Assembly: GCA_043228905.1 (NCBI GenBank)
Contig: JBHGNT010000016.1
Location: 11,842,001-11,906,000 of the forward strand
Length of the DNA stretch: 64,000 bases
Reading direction: 5' to 3'
Source: Azolla caroliniana
Lineage: Eukaryota; Plantae; Polypodiophyta
The position numbers were made by a program, and so were the translations under genes. Positions within the stretch are counted from its first letter, which is position 1. Every line of letters starts with the position of its first letter. Of the stretch, positions 13,105 through 25,259 are shown in pieces. The notes under the pieces were generated by a model. It worked only from the letters and a program-made list of their open reading frames with translations. It was not told where the DNA came from and ran no database searches.

Positions 13105-14540
13105 TGTAGAAAGTAGCATGCAGAAGCAAGTATGAAGAGCGAACAGAAGGGAAAAAACTTAGGTTTAATGGAGAGCTTGAGCTTACACGGTATACGCAGG
13201 AGAGACAGAAAGAGAGAGAAACACGAAAACCTATATTCAACAATAATACTCGATCTGTACATAAGACGTGCTTCAGTGAGCACTTTTATACAAGTCCTAG
13301 AAGGACTGACCGAAGTACTAATAGTACTTCAATGCTCATTAAGAGCTCCTACACTAACTCCCAAATATATTCCTCACGGAATATCTTTCCTAACGGCCTC
13401 CCAGTTTACGCACTCGGCCTAACCGATCGGTCCCAACCGATCCGGTCCTCGGCTTCTTCAACCGATCTGGCCGAAGTTGAGCTTGTCTCTCAACACTCCC
13501 CCTCAAGCTCAACTCGAGGCTCTTTGGGATCCTTGGGCTGACAGCTCCGATTCATCCTGGCTTCACGCCTCGCTCGCGCTCCTCAACCTGTTCAACTCCG
13601 CACTCTTTGACCCTTCGGGTCGGCTTGTCTGCTCATGTGGCCCTTATCAGCTCTTCTACTGTTGCGGTGTCGACACTTCTTCTGCTGCCTTTTCTTCCGC
13701 TTGGGTCTCGGTTGATTCAACATGTCTGAATCAAACATCTGAACCGACTCGGCTACTTCCGATCGGTTTTCGCTCTCGTCCGAGTTGGCTGTCTCCAACT
13801 CGTCTTCGGTCTTCTCGCCCTCGATGTGTCATCTCCCCCATGCGTGGTTGGCTTCGGCTCTCTCCTTCGGCTGCTCCCCTTCTGTCCACTTCCTGACTTC
13901 TCCGCGGGTCCGCCCTCGGCTTCTTTAGCCGATCCAAAGTCGAACTTGACAACCGACTCGGTGTCGCGGTCTCCACTCCTTTCTTGCTGCCTTGCTTGGT
14001 CGTTCGGGACTGTTCTCCCCCTCAAGTTTGGCATGTTGAGGAGATGCAACCCGAGCACACCTGAGAATTGCCGCAACTTGTCCAGACCAAGAGGCTTTGT
14101 GAAGATGTCGGCAATCTGCCGATCTGTCAGCACGTACTGAAGTTCGACTTCACCGGAAAGGACACGCTCACAGACGAAGTGGTAGTGCACCTCAATGTGC
14201 GTGGTCCGTGCGTGGAAAACGGGGTTCTTCGCGAGCTGGATGCTGCTAAGGTTGTCGCAGTAGATCGTTGTTGGATCGGACACCTCCTTTTGCAGGTCCT
14301 TAAGTAGCCGCTTCAATCATATGGCTTCGCATGTCGCGACAGCCGCTCCTCGGTACTCAGCTTCGGTGCTCGACAGTGCAACTGTCGGCTGGTTCTTACT
14401 GCTCCACGCGATCGCGGCACTCCCGAGGGAGAACGCATATCCGGACGTGGATCGGCGATCGGCGGCGTTGCCAGCCCAATCAGCATCGGTGTAGCCGACT
14501 TACTGCGTGGCTGCACCAATCCGATATAGCAGTCCTCGGT
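13105..14540 (-). mobile_element. Copia family A copy A2, 3' fragment (LTR 13105-13495, PPT, tail, RNase H)
   Basis: LTR similar to 105-561, PPT ctccccctcaa, RNase H ORF 13753-14316; truncated at ~14541. Confidence 0.88.
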
Positions 14541-14549
14541 CTGATATAC

Positions 14550-15054
14550 CTCTGATACCAGTTTGTTGAGAAATCGTTGCGGAATTAATCACAATAATTG
14601 AACTACGCACTGAAATACGAATCACACTTAGAATGCGAGAAAGACAAGATAGACGAGTATACACAGAGATTTACATGGAAACCCAAAAAAAATGGGGAAA
14701 ACCACGGGAACAGAGGTTCACTATACAAATAGTGGATATACACCACCAAGAAGGTTACAACACTCTATCGAGTGTAACAACCACGTAGGGCTCTTCGCGT
14801 CTACTGTTACAACACAACTATGGCACGACTCACGCTTCTTCTCTCTCACTTTCTCACGTTCTGTTCCTACATCTCACATACAACATGTTTGCCCTAGTTG
14901 CATATATACTTACACAACTTTCTGGTTATTTACATACGTTGCCCTCATGGGGCGCACAGTAAGATAATTTACAAATATAGTCTCCCGAGTTGGCTATTTA
15001 CACGAATCCGGTTTTTGAGAGTTTAGAACTATCATACCTGGGAATGCGCTCACA
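14550..15054 (-). mobile_element. Orphan 5' LTR (14564-~15054) with tRNA-iMet PBS from another Copia family
   Basis: TGGTATCAGAG on the minus strand at 14550-14560; TGTTGAG..CTCACA ends; GTGGTTTT..GGGTTTCCA U5 motif. Confidence 0.7.
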
Positions 15055-16822
15055 CCACCACCTCTCTAGAAGTACCTCTGCCCGAAGAGGTATTAGCATT
15101 GTTGTTGCTGGGATCCCTTCCAGAGAGTTGGGAAATGTTGGTTGTCACGTTGGGCAACATAGGACCAGAAGGGAAGCATCTATCCCTAGAGCAAGTGAAG
15201 TCAAGCTTGCTGAATGAAGAAGCTCACCGGAACGACTGTGAGTTCAATACTAACCTGAAGGCCTTAGTCACGAAAGGTGACCCTATTCGTGGAAGAGGTG
15301 GAAATCGAAGTCCCAAAACCGAGAGGGACCAGGTTGAAGTCGAGGGGGAGACCCACGTGCTTCTATTGTGGGAAGCCGGGGCATTTCCAGAAAAATTGCA
15401 GACACTTTCGAAAGGAGAAAGGGGGAGCTGATGGTGTAGAGTCGAAGAAAATCCCGGATAGGAAGAACACTTCAACAATCACCGCGAGTGAGGAGTTGTT
15501 GCTCATTAGTGAGCAAAACGAAGTGTATATCGCCAACGAAGAATCGACATGGGTGGTCGATTTGGGTCCGTTATTCCACCTAACCTCTGACCGAAAGTGC
15601 TTCTCATCCTATAGAGCTGGAGATCTCAGATCCGTAAAGATGGGAAATGAAGGAGCGTGCCGAATCATCGGCATTGGAGATGTGTGTTTGGAAACCTCAA
15701 CTGGGTGCAAACTCATGTTGAGAGATGTACGACACGTATCGAAGGTTCGATTGAACCTAATATCAGTTGATTGGCTAGATCATGAAGGCTACATGGGTAG
15801 CATCCGGAACAATGTCATGAATTTCTACCGAGGAAGCTTGATCGTGGCTCGATCTTGAAAAACCAACACGTTGTACATAATGAATGCTCGAATATGCCGA
15901 GGGGAAACAAACGTGGGAGCCGACATAGTCGGCGAACTGTGGCACAAGAGGTTGTGCCATATGAGCCAGAAGGGGATGCGAAAGCTTGCTGAGGACAACC
16001 TCGTTCCTGAGGTGAAGAACGTGCAAGTGGAGAAGTGCACGGATTGCTTGGCCGGTAAGCAAAACCGAACATCCTTTCGAACTAGGCCCCCGATGAGGAA
16101 GAAAATGCCGCTGGAAGGCGTGCATACGGACGTATGCTATGTGAACACAAAGTCGCATGGTGGTTCATAGTATTTCATGACCTTCATTGATGAATATTGT
16201 CGGAAGTTGTGGGTTTCCGTGCTGAAGATGAAGGATCAAGTGTTATCCTTCTTCAAAGAGTTCCAAGCAAGGGCTGAGAGAGAGACCGGCCGAAAACTGA
16301 AGGCAGTCTGAGCGGACAATGGCGGAGAGTACCGAGGACCGTTCGAGGAATATTGCCGAAATCAAGGAATCCAGCTCGAGTATATCATGCCAAAGATGCC
16401 AAAGCTTAATGGGTTGTCCGAGAGAATGAACCAGACCGTAATGGAAAGGGTCTGAAGTATGCTGGGACATGCTAAGTTACTGAAGACATTCTTGGCTGAG
16501 GCGCTGATGATGATAGCGTATGTAATAAACCTATCACCCTTAGTACCCTTGGACGACGATATTCCACAAAGGGTGTGGAGTGGCAAAGACGTATCATACT
16601 GACATTTGAGGGTGTTCAGTTGTCTTGCTTATGTGCATGTGGCAAAGGACCAGAGGGGGAAGTTGGATCCGAAGTCCCAGCCATGCATATTTCTCAGTTA
16701 TGGAAATGATGAATTTGGCTATCGGCTATGAGACTTAGCCGAAAAGAAAGTGATTAGGAGCCGTGGCATTGTCTTCATGGAGGAAAAGACAATCGTTGAT
16801 TGGGAGATTGAGAATAATTCTC
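15055..16822 (+). pseudogene. pol: Copia B gag/protease/integrase remnant
   Basis: LLGSLPESW, CFYCGKPGHFQKNC, LWHKRLCH; many stops. Confidence 0.88.
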
Positions 16823-17225
16823 TGTGAATATTAGGAAAGGTTTAATGGAGAAGCTTAATACATAGAGAGTATATGTGGGAGAGACAGAGAGAGAGCATAA
16901 ACTCAATTCAAAATATCACTCTGAAAAACTCTGTATCTACAACGTGGTAAAACAACACTATTTATACAAGTCCATAAAGGACTGACAGAAGTACTGACAG
17001 GTACTTCAATATTCCTACGTGCGACCGACACTAACTACGAGACAATGATTACCTAGTAGTCTAGGCTACTACTAGGCTTCCGGTTCCCCCTCGAATCCGG
17101 CTCTCCGATCCAGCCGGTTGTTTCCGGATACCGATCCGACGCATCCTTCTGGATGCCGATCTGGTTCAGGCTTCTTCAGCCGATCCGGATCTAGTTGAGC
17201 TTGCTCGCTCAACACTCCCCCTCAA

Positions 17226-20200
17226 GCTCAACTTGAGGTCAAATCATGGTGTTAGTGTCCGTGGCAGCTAGTTCTTCTACCCGGCTCCTTCTGGCGTTGC
17301 TCTGCCTTGCTCGCCCTCCTCGTCTAGTCCGGTCCTGTTTGCCGCGACCCTTCTAGTTTTGCGCACATCCACCTCCTCGGTCAGCTTGTCTGATCAACAT
17401 GCCCACTTTAGTTCCCTTGCTGCTACGACTCCGATGCTTGTCGACCCGTCGGTTCCTCCGTGTTGGCGTCGACTTCCGTTGCGTCCGTGTCCGCTTGGCC
17501 TTTAGTTGATCCGGCTTCTCGGAATCTTGAACCAAATCTATTTCCTTCGATTCATTCCAGCTCTTGTCCCAATCGGTGTTTTCCAACTCGTCTTCTGATT
17601 CCCTTTTGTCTCCCCCTTTATTGGTTCTTTCTTCCTCTCCAACTCCTGGTTCGGTGTCATCCATTCCCTTTCCTTTTCTCCCCCTCAAGTGCAGGACATC
17701 GAGATGTTGAATACCGAGCATCTCCAAAAAAAGTTGCAACTTGTCCGATCCTAGCGGCTTGGTGAAGATGTCGACAACCTACTGATTCGTGTGAACATAC
17801 CAAAGTTCAACATCACGGCTCAGAACCCGCTTGCGAACAAAGTGATAATGCACTTCTATGTGCTTTGTCCGAGCATGGAACATGGGGTTCTTGGCAAGCT
17901 GAATGCTGCTCATGTTGTCACAGTAGATCAGGATCGGGGTCGGAACCTCAATCCGCAGGTCTTGTAGCAGTCACCGAAGCCAGATCGCTTCACAGGTGGC
18001 ATTGGTAGCGCCCCGTTATTCAGCCTCAGTGCTCGATAGAGCCACTGTTGGTTGCTTCTTTCTGCTCCACACAATAGCCGCACTACTTAGAGAAAACATG
18101 TAACCGGCGGTAGATCGACGATCCGATGCATCACCAGCCCAGCCGGCATCGGTATATCTGACTAGCTTCCTAGCAATACCGTGTTGGTATAATAGTCCTC
18201 GACCCTTTGTGCCGCTAGCATACCAGAGTATTGTCGAGAACTCGACGTTCCTTATGTCCGACGCTCGGCCACAACCAAGATTCTTTTCATACACAGAAAA
18301 ACAGGTAATGAACTGCGACACAAAAGGGAGAAATGGTACACAGGAGGTTGACGTGGAAAACCCCAAAATAGGGAAAAAACCACGGCAGCCCACAGGCTGC
18401 AAACTGTCATTATGTAGGAATATACAACAGTGAGTTCACTGAGGCAACGACCTCGTGCTCTCAGATCTTCGCCACAGGCGGCGGTTACAACAAAGGCAAC
18501 GACCTCGTCTCTCACTCTCTCTCTCTGTACAGTTACGCGCTCTCTCTTCTTCTTGCACCAACAAGGAAGAATAACAACAACAAAACACAAAAAAAAACAC
18601 CTAAAAGTTTGCCCTAAGTCATATTTATACTAATATGACTTTTCGGCTATTTACAAATGTAGCCTCGATGGGCTCTCAGAAACATATTTACGAATATGTC
18701 TCTTCCTCCGGTTCATACCGGGCCTGCACCATCCGGCTCTCCGTAGTCAGGTACTCCCCATCCGGTTCATACCGGGCCTACACCATCCGGCTCTCCGTAG
18801 TCGGGTACTCCCCATCCGGTTCATACCGGGCCTACACCATCCGGCTCTCCGCAGTCGGGTACTCCCCATCCGGTTCATACCGGGCCTACACCATCCGGCT
18901 CTCCGCAATCGGGTACTCCCCATCCGGTTCATACCGTTTCCATCCGGCACTGTTCTTCTCCCTTCCCATCCGGAGGGACCTGTCTCCCAACAAGTATCCG
19001 GTGTGCGTACTTAATGTGCTCGACGATCAGCTTCTACATGAACTGGCTGATCACTCCGATTGGGTAACTGATGTTGGGTCGAGTGGCCGGTCTGGAGTTG
19101 GAACTGAGATTCTGGTTCCGGTCCAGGGGTGTGGAGACAAGTCAGCATTCTGTCATGCCGAACTTGTACAACTTATTCAACACATAGTGTCATTGTGAGA
19201 GCAATATGGCATCGGGGGTTCGGATCACCTCGATCCCAAGAAAATAATGAAGGTTCCCCACGTCCTTCATTTCAAATGCGTCCGACAGCTGGGACTTTTC
19301 TCGACTGATTTCATTGAGTCCGAGTCCGATGATGACTAAATCATCAACATAAAGTAACGATGAGTCGGATTTAGAGATCACAAACCCCATCTTACGCAAC
19401 CGGTGTGTGATCTTCATATTCCAAGCTCGGGGGGCCTGTTTCAGACCGTAAAGCGACTTCTTAAGCCGGCACACCACCAACTTGTTCATCTCCAACTGAA
19501 AATAGGGAGGTTGGATCATATAGACCCGTTCTTCAAGGTCACCTTGAAGAAACACATTCTTCACGTCCATCTAGTGAAGATGCCGCCCCCGTGCCGCAGC
19601 TATCGCCAGTACCACATGAACCGTCGTCATCTTCGCTACCGGACTGAAGGTCTCGTCATAGTCGATTCCGTGGGTATGTGCGTATCCCTTCGCCACTAAC
19701 CACGCCTTGTACCGGTTAACCGAACCATCGGCATTGTACTTTACCTTATACACCCATTTGCAACCGATTGGTTTATAGTGTCAGGGAGGGTCAACGAGGT
19801 CCCATGTGTCACTGGCATCGAGTGCCCGCATTTCTTCTTCCATGCGTAGCTCTCTGCCTCACACACTTCCGCCACTTTGATCATGTAAGCATAGTGATGC
19901 GCCATGTACTCATTGTACCCGTACCACGTAACGGGGTTCTTCCGGCGTAACTTGGTATCACTCGGTTTGGGGCCCTTCTTGGCCGGTTCGGACTTCGTTC
20001 TCGAAGATCCAACTTCATCCTTTCCGGAGTCGGATTCGCTCCGATCTGACTCAACATTGCCGGTTTCGTATTCCGGCATCTTCTTCTTCCCTTTCTCTTT
20101 GCGCGTGAACCGTCTCCTCGGTTCCTTGCGCGGGGAGAGCACGACAAAGACTCCACTACTCGCCGGTTCCTTATCCAACTGGTTATCCTAACTTAGCCGC

Positions 20201-22529
20201 TCATTCGGTCCACTTAGCCGGAATGAGATTGGACTCTCTTCTAGAGTGCTGAAGTCTTCATCTTCTACTTGGACCTCCCCGGGCTCACTAGCCTCATCTT
20301 CCGGAATTGGGTCTTCGTCGGGAGTTCGAGTCGATAAGGAGTACCATGATGCCATCTCATCAAACTTGACATCTCGGCTTACTCGGACTTGCTTAGTCCG
20401 GGGGTTATAACACTTATACCCCTTCTGCTCATGCGAGTAGCCAACAAGGATGCACTTCTCCGACTTTGGATCCATCTTCCTTCGCTTCTCATCCAGTACA
20501 TGCACATATGCTATGCTATCGAATATCCAATGGTGTCTCAAATTCGGCTTCTGCCCGAAATACAACTCATGCTCTTCTCCTCCAGCATTGCCCTTGTCGC
20601 GTCGACAATCTACTGGTTCTTCCTTTCGGCCACACCGTTTTGCTCCGGCGTGTATCTGCAGCTAAATTCTCTTCGAATTCCATTTTGCTGCAGATAATTG
20701 TTGAATTGGCTGGAAAAGTATTCTTTTTCTCCATCTGACCGCAAGAACTTGACCTTCCTCTCTGTTTCCCATTCAACTAAGCTTTGTAAGTTCCGGAAAC
20801 ATTCAAAGACTTCGCTCTTCCGTTTGATGAGGTAGATCCACGTGTGCCAGCTGTAGTTGTCGATGAAGGAGATGAAGTATCGACTCCCGCCAAGACTACC
20901 TTTTTGTGCCGGTCCACATACATCCGAATGGATTAGGTCGAGTTTGTTAAGGTTCCGGTTTCGTTCGGTGGGGAATGGAAGCTGGTGTTGCTTCCCGAGT
21001 AGGTAGGCTTCACAAATTTCGGCCTTCCGGCCATTGAATTTCGGCAATTTGAACACAACTTGTTTCGATTGCAGATCTTGGAGCCTCCGGTAATTGACGT
21101 GGCTGATCCGCTTGTGCCACATTTCGATGTCCGACTCGACCTTTTGCCCTTTGGGAAACATGGGGGTGCCAACGCCATTGGTGTTGAGGATGAACATCCT
21201 CCCTTCTCTGTGCCCTTGCACAATTATCCGGCCTTCTTCCTCGATGAAGCACCCTAGGTACGTAAACCGCACCTGCATCCCCTGGTCGACGATTTGTCCA
21301 ACTGACACAAGGTTCTTTGTGATAGTCGGAACGTGTAGTACGTTCATCAACTTCCCTTTTTGTTCGACATGGCTCAAAGGAACTTCTCCGACATGCAGAA
21401 TTGGGTGTGGAGTGTTGTCACCAGTCTCGACTACTCCCGGTTGTTCCGGTTTCTCTAAGAAGGAGAACCATTCTTTGTGGCTCGTCATGTGGTTCGACGC
21501 ACCGGAATCAACGTACCACACTTCCTCCAATTTGGAAGTGATCTTCTTCATCAAGTTAGCCTCGTGTTTTCATCACAAGGGTTGGCCCCTTATCAGCCTT
21601 CCCGGTTCCGGATCCCTCCGATCCTTGCGCGTAATGCGAGCATTGTCGGCTTTCCCGACCAGTCTTGCCGAATCTGGATTTATCCGAATCGGCGTGCTTC
21701 TTCCAACACTCGCTTTCTTTGTGGCCCTTTTTACCACAACACTAGCATTTCGTGTCGGCCTTTGCTTTCCGGCCTCCGGCGCCGCCTTGACTCCCCCTAC
21801 TTGTGGTGGAGGGTCTGGAACTGTTGTCGGTACTACCTCTATGCCTTCGTTCCTGCTCTTGTCGGCTGCCTCCATTGTGTCCCGACCCACCTCGTCCACT
21901 GTGTCCATGAGGCTGATCCGCCTCCGTGTACAACATCTGGCTGTCGATGGGTGCACTAGTTGATGCACCGGCGTGATTCTCGTCTACAAGGAGCATCGTT
22001 TGTAAGTAACAAAAAATGACGACGTATTCTCCCTTGTACATACCACCATTCAAAAAGCTATAAACTTAGATGCTAGGCCCCCAAGACAGATCTGCACCAT
22101 CTCATCTTCCTCTACAGTGACGCTGATAGAGGCAAGTGAGTCACAGATCTCTTTGATCCGAGCCGTGTAATCGGCTACCGACATGTCCTTCTATTGGACA
22201 TTGCTTAACTCCTCTCAGAGTTGTAACTTCCGGGCTGTAGTGCTTGCCGCGAAGACCTTCTTCAAGTTTATCCAAGCTTCCTTTGGCATCTTGGCATCTT
22301 GGATATGGCTCAGCAGCTGGTCTCCGACACTAGACGCAAAGCAGTACATCACTCTGCTTGCCGCTTGCTCCCACGTTGGGAAGTCCTTGTGTGCCAAATC
22401 AGGTGCTATGTCGTTAGCTCCGTCAACATAACTCTAGTAACCATGCCCAAGCAGGTACTGGTGCATCTTGTATGACCAAGATGCGTAGTTGGATCTATCG
22501 AGCTTCTCCACCGGGAGAGAGCTACCCAT
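17226..22529 (-). pseudogene. pol: Copia A3 gag-pol remnant
   Basis: ORF pieces 20610-21554 (PR/INT), 20188-20565, 19190-19753 (RT), gag 22215-22397. Confidence 0.88.
18232..18992 (-). mobile_element. Solo LTR, same family as 11835-12668, with ~4 units of the 54-bp repeat
   Basis: TGTC..AACA, TSD AGTAT. Confidence 0.92.
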
Positions 22530-22566
22530 TCCTCTATCCATATCCTTCTCTGTCTATTGTTACCGG

Positions 22567-23360
22567 TGTCGCGCCTTTCAGCTCCGGATCGTTTGCGTGA
22601 GTCGGGTGGGAACCACTGGGGTTTTGGACTAGGAGAAAGAAGAATATGAGATGAGGCTAGTAATGGATAGATTATTAGAAAGAGAGATAGAAATTTCGTG
22701 AATCCCACGAGTGTATTGTAATCGATTAATCAATATTTACATAAGAATATGTATTTAGATTGTAAGAAAGATATAAGAAACTTGTGAATCCCACAAGTAT
22801 AGATTATATTATTTTCGTGAATCCCACGATTATATTAATCGGTTGGTGTTTTCGGAAATATATCCAATTTCCAAATATTTCACACGCCTATTACATTGTG
22901 CTCCCCATCCTTATGTAGTGATGGGAGAGACTAAGCATAACTACATGCTTTTTTTTTCTAATATGTTCATGCACACTAAATGTGCATATAATGCTTTTCT
23001 AATCCTTGCTTTTATTTGCTAAATATAGTGCTCATGCACGCTAGATGTGCATGAGTCACTTTTTAGTTGCTTGCGTTTTTCTATAAAATATTCACGCACT
23101 CTAAAAATGCATGATTTACCTTGTAATAAAGGTAGGCGCAAATAAAGCAATTATAGTTATTAAATCTATTTATAGAACACTAAAGATAAGGTAGCATAAT
23201 GGTAAAGTTGAGGTTTGGCTACGTGGAGGTACAAGGTTCGAATCTTGCCCTATGCACATGATAAATATCTTGATTATTCTTATTTTATTTATTTATATGT
23301 AATTAAATCGGTTATATTATTTTTTACTTTTTCACGTAGTGTACGAAATACACTACGACA
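22567..23360 (-). mobile_element. AT-rich solo-LTR-like insertion with 4-bp TSD
   Basis: TGTCG..CGACA termini, CCGG on both sides, inside the A3 5' UTR; strand inferred. Confidence 0.8.
23192..23250 (+). promoter_or_regulatory. tRNA-like Pol III A-box/B-box module
   Basis: TAGCATAATGG (23192) and GGTTCGAATCT (23235), preceded by an AGGT variable-loop-like motif. Confidence 0.65.
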
Positions 23361-23889
23361 CCGGGTACTAGGGTTTGTCTTTGGAAGCGTTCGTTGGTTG
23401 TAGAGGTTCTATACCCTCGCGCTCTGATACCATGTGAATGTAAATGTGCGGAAGCGTTAGCCAGAACCGGCTTAGCCAGATAGCAACAGAGAACAGGAAA
23501 GGTTTAATGGAGAAGCTTAATATACAAAGAGTATATGCGGGAGAGACAAAGAGAGAGCATAAACTCAATTCAAAATATCACTCTGAAAAACTTTGTATCT
23601 ACAACGTGCTAAAACAACACTATCTATACAAGTCCATAAAGGACTGACAGAAGTACTGACAGGTACTTCAATATTCCTACGTGCGACTGACACTAACTAC
23701 GAGACAATGATTACCTAGTAGTCTTGGCTACTACTAGGCTTCTGGTTCCCACTCGAATACGGCTCTCCGATCCGTCTCCCCGATCTGGCCTGTTGTTTCC
23801 GGATACCAATCCGATTCATCCTTCCGGATGCCGATCCAGCTCAGGCTTCTTCAGCCGATCCGGACCTGGTTGAGCTTGCTTGCTCAACA

Positions 23890-25259
23890 GTCTCCAACTA
23901 CCGAATCGAGTTGGGTCAATGCTCGGACGAATCAAGTAGAAGAAGATTCGATCGAAATTGATTCCGAACCGGTCGGTTGATTTAATAGTCGGCAAAATCA
24001 AGAATCGACCGAAGAACGAGGGGAATTGGCTGAACAAGGAACCGAATTCAACTCGGCCGAAGAAGTCGAAGAAGAACCAATCGTGCCGAACGGAGGCCGA
24101 AAATATCCTCTGAGAGAGAGAAGGCGCCCCCAAAGATTTCCAGATGAAGAGCGTGTACTGCTAACCGATGAGGGGGAGCCGGAAAACTTTGAAGAAGCTA
24201 AGGAAGATACCCACAACTGAAAGTGGTTGAGTGCCATGCAAGAGGAGATGGATTCCTTGCATGAGAACCACACATATGAATTGACCAAACTGCCAAGAGG
24301 AAAGAATGCACTTCGGAATGAATGGGTATAGAAGTTGAAACCGGGAGATGGTGGGAATCCACCTAGGTACAAAGCACGAATTGTTGTGGAAGGCTTTCAT
24401 CAGAAGAAGGGTGTCGATTTTGACGAAATATTTTCCTTGGTTGTAAAGTTGACGTCAATACCGTGGTGAACATCACGGCCAACATGGATCTCGAAGTCGA
24501 ACAACTGGACGTCAAGACTGCCTTCCTCCATGGAGATTTGGAGGAAAAGATATACATGCACCAGCCGGAAGGATTTGTGGTGAAAGGTAAACAGAACTTG
24601 GTATGACGATTGAGGAAGAGCTTGTATGGGTTGAAGCAAGCTCCTCGGCAATGGTACCGAAAATTCGAATCCTTCATGACCAACAATGGGTACCACATAA
24701 CGTAGGCAGATCACTACATATTTGTGAAGAAATTTGATGGAGGAGATTTCCTCATCCTTCTGTTGTACGTGGATGACATGCTAAAATTCGGACGGAACCA
24801 TACAAAGATCTGAGTGCTGAAAAAGGATTTTCTGAAAAAGGCAAAGCAAATCCTGGGGAAGCACAAAGAAATTGTTGTGGTTGTCAGAAGAAAAATATGT
24901 GACAAAGGTGCTCCAGAGATTTGGCATGGAAAGCGCGAAACAGGTCGGCTCGACACTGCCGATGAATTGCACGCTAAGCAAAGAACAATGTCCGAAATCG
25001 AAAACCGAGAAGGCCAAAATGTCAAAGGTTCCTTATGCCTCCGTAGTCAGAAGCCTGATGTACGTGATGGTATGTACCAGGCCAAACATAGGATACGCAG
25101 TCGGCGTGCTTAGCCGATTTATAAGCAACCCCGGAAGAGAGCATTGGATTGCCGTGAAATGGATACTTTGGTACTTAAAAGGCACCTCGAACGTGTGTCT
25201 TCATTTCGGTTCAGGTAACCCCACATTGGAAGGTTATACGGACTTAGACATGTAGGCTG
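23890..25259 (+). pseudogene. pol: Copia B reverse transcriptase remnant
   Basis: LDVKTAFLHG, LLYVDDM, VPYASVV; frameshifts and stops. Confidence 0.88.

Larger units (their letters stand above)
16823..23889 (-). mobile_element. Full-length degenerate Copia family A copy A3, carrying two solo-LTR insertions
   Basis: LTRs 16823-17214 (internal deletion) and 23433-23889, TSD TTCTC/GTCTC, PBS TGGTATCAGAGC 23421-23432, PPT 17215-17225. Confidence 0.9.
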
